Assembly: GCA_963730345.1 (NCBI GenBank)
Contig: CAVSRP010000037.1
Coordinates: 46,038-110,037, forward strand
Direction of reading: 5' to 3'
DNA from: an uncultured Acidimicrobiaceae bacterium
GTDB taxonomy: Bacteria > Actinomycetota > Acidimicrobiia > Acidimicrobiales > Salinilacustritrichaceae
DNA length: 64,000 nucleotides
The translations under genes were made by a program, and so were the position numbers. The notes beneath the pieces were generated by a model, which did not search any database, had not been told where the DNA came from, and saw only the letters and a program-made list of their open reading frames with translations. Position 1 is the first letter of the stretch; every line of letters starts with the position of its first letter. This document shows, one piece after another, positions 9,018-17,245 of this stretch.

Positions 9018-9990
9018 CGAATATCGCCCATCGCACGGGCCGTCCCAACGACGACAGCAGAGTCATCCGCTGGTTGAGTGCCGCCACGGTGACACCCGGT
9101 CGAACGACGAGCACCACGATGGCGGCTTCGGACAGAGAACCAGTGTCCCGAGGTGCGGCGAGTCGGAGCTCGACGACTCCGCCGGACCCGTTGGGCCACT
9201 CGGGGGGCAGTGGTTCGGCGTCGATGATGCCTTCGAGCAGCGCCTTGGCCCGAGCGACCTCGCCGTCGCCGACGGTCACGAACACCACGTGTCCTTGGTC
9301 CTCGGCCAGTCCGACCCAGCGTTCCGCGAGCGCTCGAGCCGCAGACACGAAATCGGCCACCACCGTGGTCGGGACGCGGTCGATCACCTCGAGTTCCTCG
9401 ACGGTGTCGATCCGGGGGTGGGCGCGTTCCCAGAACACCACGATCACCACGCCGAGCGCGAGCCCGAGGATGGCGCCGACCGCCACGACCAGCGTCGACG
9501 AACGCACGGCATCGAGGGCCGGATCGTCAACCCGGACGACCTCCAACGAGCCCGGGGCCACCAGCGTCGTCGCCGGCTTGATCGCGGCGGCCACGAACGC
9601 GTCCATCACCGCGGCCGCCTCGTCCTCGGACGGTGCTCCCGACACCGTAACCTCGATGATCGATGTTCCGTCCACCGACGCCGTCGAGATCTGGTCCTGA
9701 ATGGCGTCGACATCGGTTCCGGAAGCGACGGAGGTCGCCTGCAGGATCTGGCGGTCCTGCGACAACAGGCGAGCATAAGTGGTCGCGAGTCGACTCGAGT
9801 CGGTCGCCGAACCGGAGAACGATCCGTCGGTGGAGCCATCAAATGCCGGCACCACGAGCACGGCGGTGGAGTGCCACGTCGACTTTGCGCTGCTGCTCGC
9901 CGCTCCGGCCGCCATCATGGCGAGCACCACCGTCACCACGACGATCCACGCACGACGGTGGACGACGGCGATTACCTTGTTGAGAATCAC
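9010..9990 (-). CDS. Polysaccharide co-polymerase (Wzz-like chain-length determinant) with a degenerate BY-kinase-like C-terminal tail lacking a Walker A motif
   Basis: GTG at 9990 overlaps the upstream stop (GTGA). Two TM segments (AWIVVVTVVLAMMAAGAA; LVVAVGAILGLALGVVIVVFW) flank a ~170-aa extracytoplasmic domain. The tail has HVVFVTVGDGEV where the P-loop would be. Confidence 0.6.
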   Translation of the reverse strand: MILNKVIAVVHRRAWIVVVTVVLAMMAAGAASSSAKSTWHSTAVLVVPAFDGSTDGSFSGSATDSSRLATTYARLLSQDRQILQATSVASGTDVDAIQDQISTASVDGTSIIEVTVSGAPSEDEAAAVMDAFVAAAIKPATTLVAPGSLEVVRVDDPALDAVRSSTLVVAVGAILGLALGVVIVVFWERAHPRIDTVEELEVIDRVPTTVVADFVSAARALAERWVGLAEDQGHVVFVTVGDGEVARAKALLEGIIDAEPLPPEWPNGSGGVVELRLAAPRDTGSLSEAAIVVLVVRPGVTVAALNQRMTLLSSLGRPVRWAIFDG

Positions 9991-11000
9991 GCTTCGCCTC
10001 CGACCCGCAGCACGTCGTGCAGTTCCTCGAGTTGGAACAACCAACGCTCATGCTGGCGCGCCGAGGCCTCGGGCGCAGCGTCGAGCAGGGCATCGAGATC
10101 GGTGGAGACTCGTTCGAGACCGCGACGGACCCCGTCGACGTCGTTCGATACCAGCACGGCGTGCTCGAAGAGCAGGCGATTGACATCCTGATCGGTGGCT
10201 ATGAGCGGTCGGCCGGCGTAGACGGCCTCGTAGGCGGCCCGCATGACCGATGTCGGCTCCGTGGTCAGGGCGAGGACAGCGTCCGCGTCGTGTAGTGCCT
10301 GCTGGTAGGACAGTGGATCGAGGTAACCACAGAAGGTCACGTTGGGTGGCGCCTCCTCCACGAGGCCCGACGGTGCCCGGCGGAGATCGCCGGTGATGAT
10401 CACCTCGACGTTCGGCACCAGGGCGGCCGCCTGCAACACCGCGGCCACGGGCTCGTCCGGGCTGAAGACGCAAACGAACAACACCGTGATCGCCTTCGGG
10501 TCCCGATCCGGCGCCCAACCAAGCTCCCCGGGTCGTATGGTCGGGGGCGCCTCGTGCACCACGATGGCGCGGGCGTCCCAACCGCCGACGACCTGCTGCC
10601 ACTCGCTGGTGGTGACCATGGTCGCGGTCGCCCTCCGAGCGAGCCATCGGTGGATGGGGAGCAGGCGCTCCGACAGCCGATCGCCCTTCCGGCCGAAGGC
10701 TGACGGGTGGCTGTCGAGCACCAAAGGCGCGCCCGAGATGCGGCAGTACATCCACGCCACCAGTCCTGGGAAGACGGGCGGCAACGTCACGATCACCGAT
10801 CTCGGACGTCGGAGCACCAGGTAGACCAGGGTCTGCACGCTGCTCAACACGTAGCGCAGGGGGACCAGACGACGCGACGTGAGACGCCGGTCGTAGATCA
10901 CCTTCGCCTCCCCTCCCAGCGCGTGCGCGATCTCGGCCGAGCGACCGGGCACGAAGCTCCACGCCAGGAACGACACCGTTGGACGCCGCATCGGAGTCAC
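9987..11000 (-). CDS. Glycosyltransferase (GT-B fold, GT4-like)
   Basis: 337-aa ORF. The C-terminal half (VLFVCVFSPDEP...AVLALTTEPTSVMRAAYEAVYAGRPLIATD) resembles a retaining GT-B transferase. Operon context supports this. Confidence 0.65.
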   Translation of the reverse strand: MTPMRRPTVSFLAWSFVPGRSAEIAHALGGEAKVIYDRRLTSRRLVPLRYVLSSVQTLVYLVLRRPRSVIVTLPPVFPGLVAWMYCRISGAPLVLDSHPSAFGRKGDRLSERLLPIHRWLARRATATMVTTSEWQQVVGGWDARAIVVHEAPPTIRPGELGWAPDRDPKAITVLFVCVFSPDEPVAAVLQAAALVPNVEVIITGDLRRAPSGLVEEAPPNVTFCGYLDPLSYQQALHDADAVLALTTEPTSVMRAAYEAVYAGRPLIATDQDVNRLLFEHAVLVSNDVDGVRRGLERVSTDLDALLDAAPEASARQHERWLFQLEELHDVLRVGGEA

Positions 11001-11095
11001 GTCGGGCGGTCCACGGGCCCGGTACGGTCGGATCTCGGTTCGGGCGGAGTGGCCATCACCCCGTCATGTTCTCGCATGCCTGCGCCCATGTCCGG

Positions 11096-12151
11096 TCACT
11101 TCGCCCGGGCCAGCCCGGTTGGAGACCGACCGTCCGCTCCGGGACGGCTGGCGGCGTCGAGCGCGCCGCGCCGCAGTTCGACCCGGCGCAGCACTCTCGC
11201 GGCCGCGTCTTCGACCGCCCAGATCCGTAGGTGACCTCCGGCGTTCAGCACGGCCCGAACGAGCGCATTGACGACGCGGTGGATGACCCGTCGATCGGTC
11301 GCTTCGACCACCTGTCGCAGGACTGGTGGGAGATCGCGGCTCAGCTCATCGACATCGAACGCGGCCAGGTCGCCGTGACGGCGGTACAGCTCCCACCGGC
11401 CCGCGCCCTGCCGATAGGCGTCGCGCATGAACTGCTCAGTGGTGCGGTGGTGGTCGTGGGTGGCGGCCAATCGACGGTCGAACACGGCATGGATGCCGTG
11501 CTCCTTCATGCGCAAGCCGAGGTCCCGATCGTTGTGGTTTACCGCGGGGTAGTCCGGGTCGTATACGCCGACGGCGAGCCACGCGCGGCGGTCGAGCGAG
11601 ACGTTGCCGGACCACAGCGCGTCGAGAATCCGTTCGTGGTGGCCCTCCCACGCAGTGACGTGGCGCTCGTATTCGTCTGCGTAGAAGCGGGTCGCGTACT
11701 GGCCCGGAGCCCTAGGCGCCGGAACCGCGGTGGGCATGTAGCCGACCACGGCCAGGGTCGGGTCCCCCGCCCGATGGTGCCGTGCCTGATGACCGGACAC
11801 CAGCCCGGGACCGGCGACGACGTCGTCGTCCAACATCAACACGACGTCGCCAGTGGCTGCCTCGGCGCCGAGCTGTCGAGCGGCCGCGGCTCCGGCACCG
11901 TGCCCCCGGACCGATCGAACACGAGCGCCCTCACGTCGAAGTTCCTCGATGACGATGGCGGTGTCGTCGACGGATGCGTCGTCGGCGATCACGATCTCCG
12001 TGGTGGCGGGATCGTCCAGGATCGCCTCGATGGCCGCCCGGAGCTGGCTGCTCCGGTTCCTGGTGGGAATGACGACAGAGACCGTCGGAGGTGCGGTTGC
12101 GTCGCCCATGGCGGGCTCATGGTAGCCAGCGAGATGGGCCCGACCCGCCAT
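11096..12151 (-). CDS. Glycosyltransferase family 2
   Basis: VSVVIPTRNRSSQLRAAIEAIL...IVIADDASVDDT...VLMLDDDV is a classic GT2 N-terminus. ATG at 12151 or 12109 are both possible starts. The track ORF extension to 12823 overlaps the upstream GT2 gene. Confidence 0.8.
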   Translation of the reverse strand: MAGRAHLAGYHEPAMGDATAPPTVSVVIPTRNRSSQLRAAIEAILDDPATTEIVIADDASVDDTAIVIEELRREGARVRSVRGHGAGAAAARQLGAEAATGDVVLMLDDDVVAGPGLVSGHQARHHRAGDPTLAVVGYMPTAVPAPRAPGQYATRFYADEYERHVTAWEGHHERILDALWSGNVSLDRRAWLAVGVYDPDYPAVNHNDRDLGLRMKEHGIHAVFDRRLAATHDHHRTTEQFMRDAYRQGAGRWELYRRHGDLAAFDVDELSRDLPPVLRQVVEATDRRVIHRVVNALVRAVLNAGGHLRIWAVEDAAARVLRRVELRRGALDAASRPGADGRSPTGLARAK

Positions 12152-12185
12152 CGTGCTCGGTCGTCCGACACGGACGGCGACGACA

Positions 12186-13181
12186 TCATCTGAAGCGCAT
12201 CCCGAGGAGCCGGCGTGCGATCCGCCTCGGCGCGACGCCCACGAGCACGGCCCATACCGACCGCCGCACGCGGCTGCGCACGGGGTGTCCCGGGTGGGTC
12301 GCCGCCGCCTTGGCCGCTCGAAGGGCGAGCAACGGACGTCGATCTCCGGGGTGCGGGTGGAGGTCGGGTTCGATGACGAGGGATCCCAGCCGGTAGGCGA
12401 GATAGGCCGGATCGATGAGGGACTCGACCCGCGATGGAGGTCGAGCCGACGCCGGTGAGCGTTCGACGACCAGTCGGTGCAGGCGCTCGATCCGCTCCAT
12501 TTTGCGTCGGAGGAACGCACCGTCGACCTGGTGGCCGGCGAAGTTGTTCGATCCATGGACCCGATAGCCGACCACGGGCTCGTCGAGCGCGGAGATCGGT
12601 CCCTCGAGGACGATGAACGTGGCGAGGTAGAGGTCGGCCTCGATCCGAAAGTCCTCGGTCGGGATGGGCATGCAGTGCGCCAGTGCCGATCGCCGGTAGC
12701 AGTTGCCGCTCGAGGCCGGCCACACGTAGCTGCGACGGTGGAGTGCCAACGTCCGGAGGTCGCCCCGTGGGAGCTGCCAGGTCGCCGGTGGGCGCGTCGT
12801 ACCGGTGAACCTCCCCTCGCCATCGATCACTCGGAGGCGGGAGGCGACCTTGACCGACGATGGATCTTCGGCGAACGCGTCGACGAACGCTCGCAAGGCC
12901 CCCGGGAGCAGGACATCGTCGGCGTCGAGGAAGACCACGAGCTCGCCGCCCGTCGCCGAGAAGCCCGAGTTCATCGCCGACGCCTGGCCCCCGTTCGGCT
13001 GGGCGATGATCTTTGCCTGCGACCGGTACGCGGCGAGGACGTCGAGCGACTCGTCGGTCGAGCCGTCGTCCACCACGACGATCTCCACGTCGACACCCTC
13101 CTGGCCGATCACGCTGTCGAGTGCAGCGGCCACGTACCGGGCGTAGTTGTGGTTGCTGATGCAGACGCTGACCGTCGTCAT
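12186..13181 (-). CDS. Glycosyltransferase family 2
   Basis: MTTVSVCISNHNYARYVAAALDSVIGQ...VVVDDGSTDES...FLDADD are GT2 signature motifs. It is the first gene of the minus-strand operon running 13181->7509. Confidence 0.85.
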   Translation of the reverse strand: MTTVSVCISNHNYARYVAAALDSVIGQEGVDVEIVVVDDGSTDESLDVLAAYRSQAKIIAQPNGGQASAMNSGFSATGGELVVFLDADDVLLPGALRAFVDAFAEDPSSVKVASRLRVIDGEGRFTGTTRPPATWQLPRGDLRTLALHRRSYVWPASSGNCYRRSALAHCMPIPTEDFRIEADLYLATFIVLEGPISALDEPVVGYRVHGSNNFAGHQVDGAFLRRKMERIERLHRLVVERSPASARPPSRVESLIDPAYLAYRLGSLVIEPDLHPHPGDRRPLLALRAAKAAATHPGHPVRSRVRRSVWAVLVGVAPRRIARRLLGMRFR

Positions 13182-13339
13182 ACCGCACTCCGAACGCGTC
13201 GATCCGAGCCGACTTCGGTGCCGGGCCAGGGACGGGCGGCACAGGATGGCGCGCCGGCGACGATTCGGAACGGACGCCCGCCGGAGTTCGGGACGGTTGG
13301 AAACGGTGGGGGCGATCCGCCGTCGAGTGGAATCCTCTC

Positions 13340-13345
13340 TAGCAT
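13340..13345 (+). promoter_or_regulatory. Candidate -10 element (TAGCAT) placed for a leaderless transcript of the 13352 gene
   Basis: A TANNNT hexamer ends 6 nt before the ATG at 13352. No Shine-Dalgarno sequence lies between them. Actinobacterial leaderless mRNAs typically show this geometry. Confidence 0.3.
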
Positions 13346-13351
13346 CGGCGC

Positions 13352-14260
13352 ATGCAGCTCCATCGTGTGTTCCCGGCGCTCAACAGGCGTCGAGGAGCCG
13401 TGGCGGCGGCTGTCGCTGCCATCGCGATGATGACAGCCGCGATCATCTTCTGGGCCGCTCGTACCGGACGTGACGATCTTCGCTTGTCCTGGGCGCCCCC
13501 GCGGTTGGAGGACCCGGTCACCATCTCGGTGCCGGTCCGCGGCGGCCAGTTCGAGCTCGACCCCGGTCGGGACTACCAGGTCGTGCTGGCCCGGGCTCCT
13601 GTCACCGGCGCGGTGTCCCTCGTCGGGGGACACAATGTCGTCCTGGTCGGTGGTGAGCTCGACTTCGATGGTGGCGCGCCCGGGGTGCTCTATTTCAAGA
13701 ACTTCACCGGCACGCTCCACGTCGAGGGCCTGCGCATCGACCCCGGCGGTTCCCGCGGCATCGAGGCCGACGCGATCCGGGTCGCCTCCACAGCCGACGG
13801 GTCGACGGCCCAGTTCGAGAACATCTACGTCCGGCGCGTCGGTGGTTCGTACGACGGTGTTCACGGCGACCTCATCCAGACATGGGGCGGCCCGTCCCGT
13901 CTGCGGGTGGATCGCTTCACCGGGTACTCCGACTACCAAGGTCTCTACCTCGCCCCGAACGATGCGGACTGGCACGCCCGCGTCGTGGCCATGGAATTCC
14001 GCAACATGGATCTGCACGGTGTCGACGACGGGACCTTCAACATGCTCTACGACATCTCGGGCCGGGGTGGCGAGCCACCCACGCCGGTGCAGCACAACCT
14101 CTGGGCTGCGGTCGACCACGGGTCGAAGATCGCCAACGAACAGTGGTCGATCGGCAGCGTCGACGGGATCCGCCGGGGCGACGCGAATGGCAAACCGGGC
14201 GCCCAGTTCGTCGATCCGAGCACGGTTGGCATCGGCTACCGAAGCCCCGGATACCGCTGA
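13352..14260 (+). CDS. Membrane-anchored or secreted protein made almost entirely of the same ~255-aa domain found at the C-terminus of the 1704..3548 product (beta-helix-like, possibly polysaccharide-active)
   Basis: N-terminal hydrophobic segment AVAAAVAAIAMMTAAIIFWAA. Motifs shared with the paralog: LSWAPP, GRDYQVV, VVLVGGE, TGTLHVEGL, LRVDRFTGYSDYQGLY, GIGYRSPGYR. Confidence 0.7.
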   Translation: MQLHRVFPALNRRRGAVAAAVAAIAMMTAAIIFWAARTGRDDLRLSWAPPRLEDPVTISVPVRGGQFELDPGRDYQVVLARAPVTGAVSLVGGHNVVLVGGELDFDGGAPGVLYFKNFTGTLHVEGLRIDPGGSRGIEADAIRVASTADGSTAQFENIYVRRVGGSYDGVHGDLIQTWGGPSRLRVDRFTGYSDYQGLYLAPNDADWHARVVAMEFRNMDLHGVDDGTFNMLYDISGRGGEPPTPVQHNLWAAVDHGSKIANEQWSIGSVDGIRRGDANGKPGAQFVDPSTVGIGYRSPGYR

Positions 14261-14276
14261 AGCGTCGGCCTGATCA

Positions 14277-17245
14277 CGAGAGTCGGACGACCGAGAGCCC
14301 CTGGATCTGCGGGTTCTGGACCTGGGTCACGAACCCCAACGACAACACCCCATCCGACACCGTCACATCGAAGCTCTGATCGAACGCCGCATTCGCCCCC
14401 ACCGCCGCCACCGCATCCAGATCCCGCAACACCGGCGAACCCTCGGCATCCACCCCGAACACCCGCTGCCCCGAAGCCGTGAAATAGATCTCCGCGATCC
14501 GCAACGTCACCCGATACGTCCCCGCCGCCGGCACCGGCACCGCATACCCCGACATCGAATAACGCTGCGACCGATACAACCCGTCATCAGCCGTCCCCGA
14601 GATGTTCACCGACGACGCCGAATACGTCTTCCCACCCACGAAGTACTGATCCGCACCCCACACCTGCCCCGCCGAATCCGTGAACGACGACGACGACCCC
14701 GCATTGATCCGCACCACGAAACCCGACGGCGGCGGCAACGGCGCCATGGTCAGATCCGCGGTCACCGACCCCCCCGCCGTCACCGACACCCCCACCGGCG
14801 ACGACGACGAGAACCCCGACGCCGACGCCACCACCTGATACGAACCCGCCTCGACGGAAATCACGTACGACCCATCAGGACTGGTCGTCGTCGACGTCCC
14901 ACACGCCTCCGACGTCGGACACACCTGCACCGTCGCCCCCGGCAACCGATCACCTCAGGACTGGTCGTCGTCGACGTCCCACACGCCTCCGACGTCGGAC
15001 ACACCTGCACCGTCGCCCCCGCAACCGGATCACCCGACGACGACGACACCGTGCCGAGCACGGAACCAGGAGCCGGCGGTGGCGTCGTGTCGAGCTGCAC
15101 CACCGAGAGCCCCTGGATCTGCGGGTTCTGGACCTGGGTCACGAACCCCAACGACAACACCCCATCCGACACCGTCACATCGAAGCTCTGATCGAACGCC
15201 GCATTCGCCCCCACCGCCGCCACCGCATCCAGATCCCGCAACACCGGCGAACCCTCGGCATCCACCCCGAACACCCGCTGCCCCGAAGCCGTGAAATAGA
15301 TCTCCGCGATCCGCAACGTCACCCGATACGTCCCCGCCGCCGGCACCGGCACCGCATACCCCGACATCGAATAACGCTGCGACCGATACAACCCGTCATC
15401 AGCCGTCCCCGAGATGTTCACCGACGACGCCGAATACGTCTTCCCACCCACGAAGTACTGATCCGCACCCCACACCTGCCCCGCCGAATCCGTGAACGAC
15501 GACGACGACCCCGCATTGATCCGCACCACGAAACCCGACGGCGGCGGCAACGGCGCCATGGTCAGATCCGCGGTCACCGACCCCCCCGCCGTCACCGACA
15601 CCCCCACCGGCGACGACGACGAGAACCCCGACGCCGACGCCACCACCTGATACGAACCCGCCTCGACGGAAATCACGTACGACCCATCAGGACTGGTCGT
15701 CGTCGACGTCCCACACGCCTCCGACGTCGGACACACCTGCACCGTCGCCCCCGCAACCGGATCACCCGACGACGACGACACCGTGCCGAGCACGGAACCA
15801 GGAGCCGGCGGTGGCGTCGTGTCGAGCTGCACCACCGAGAGCCCCTGGATCTGCGGGTTCTGGACCTGGGTCACGAACCCCAACGACAACACCCCATCCG
15901 ACACCGTCACATCGAAGCTCTGATCGAACGCCGCATTCGCCCCCACCGCCGCCACCGCATCCAGATCCCGCAACACCGGCGAACCCTCGGCATCCACCCC
16001 GAACACCCGCTGCCCCGAAGCCGTGAAATAGATCTCCGCGATCCGCAACGTCACCCGATACGTCCCCGCCGCCGGCACCGGCACCGCATACCCCGACATC
16101 GAATAACGCTGCGACCGATACAACCCGTCATCAGCCGTCCCCGAGATGTTCACCGACGACGCCGAATACGTCTTCCCACCCACGAAGTACTGATCCGCAC
16201 CCCACACCTGCCCCGCCGAATCCGTGAACGACGACGACGACCCCGCATTGATCCGCACCACGAAACCCGACGGCGGCGGCAACGGCGCCATGGTCAGATC
16301 CGCGGTCACCGACCCCCCCGCCGTCACCGACACCCCCACCGGCGACGACGACGAGAACCCCGACGCCGACGCCACCACCTGATACGAACCCGCCTCGACG
16401 GAAATCACGTACGACCCATCAGGACTGGTCGTCGTCGACGTCCCACACGCCTCCGACGTCGGACACACCTGCACCGTCGCCCCCGCAACCGGATCACCCG
16501 ACGACGACGACACCGTGCCGAGCACGGAACCAGGAGCCGGCGGTGGCGTCGTGTCGAGCTGCACCACCGAGAGCCCCTGGATCTGCGGGTTCTGGACCTG
16601 GGTCACGAACCCCAACGACAACACCCCATCCGACACCGTCACATCGAAGCTCTGATCGAACGCCGCATTCGCCCCCACCGCCGCCACCGCATCCAGATCC
16701 CGCAACACCGGCGAACCCTCGGCATCCACCCCGAACACCCGCTGCCCCGAAGCCGTGAAATAGATCTCCGCGATCCGCATCGTCACCCGATACGTCCCCG
16801 CCGCCGGCACCGGCACCGCATACCCCGACATCGAATAACGCTGCGACCGATACAACCCGTCATCAGCCGTCCCCGAGATGTTCACCGACGACGCCGAATA
16901 CGTCTTCCCACCCACGAAGTACTGATCCGCACCCCACACCTGCCCCGCCGAATCCGTGAACGACGACGACGACCCCGCATTGATCCGCACCACGAAACCC
17001 GACGGCGGCGGCAACGGCGCCATGGTCAGATCCGCGGTCACCGACCCCCCCACCGTCACCGACACCCCCACCGGCGACGACGACGAGAACCCCGACGCCG
17101 ACGCCACCACCTGATACGAACCCGCCTCGACGGAAATCACGTACGACCCATCAGGACTGGTCGTCGTCGACGTCCCACACGCCTCCGACGTCGGACACAC
17201 CTGCACCGTCGCCCCCGCAACCGGATCACCCGACGACGACGACAC
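14277..17245. repeat. Tandem array of four near-identical 732-bp (244-codon) coding cassettes
   Basis: Identical shadow ORFs at 15079, 15811 and 16543 give a period of 732 bp. The copies differ only at 16780 (t vs a; Met/Leu) and 17052 (a vs g; Val/Ala), plus the array ends. Confidence 0.95.
14875..15034. repeat. 80-bp direct tandem duplication inside the last cassette
   Basis: 14875-14954 and 14955-15034 are copies that differ only in ggcaaccgatcacc vs gcaaccggatcacc. 80 is not a multiple of 3, so the frame shifts and a stop appears at 14861. Confidence 0.9.

Noticed and set aside
15079-16758. Three identical 71-aa plus-strand ORFs (15079, 15811, 16543) that could look like a repeated small-gene family.
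   Set aside because: They are Pro/Thr-rich antisense shadows of the 732-bp coding cassettes on the minus strand. Their identity only reflects the tandem repeat.
14277-17245. The possibility that the regular repeats are a CRISPR array or satellite.
   Set aside because: The unit is 732 bp and has no short repeat/spacer alternation. The whole unit is one continuous open reading frame with domain-like sequence.
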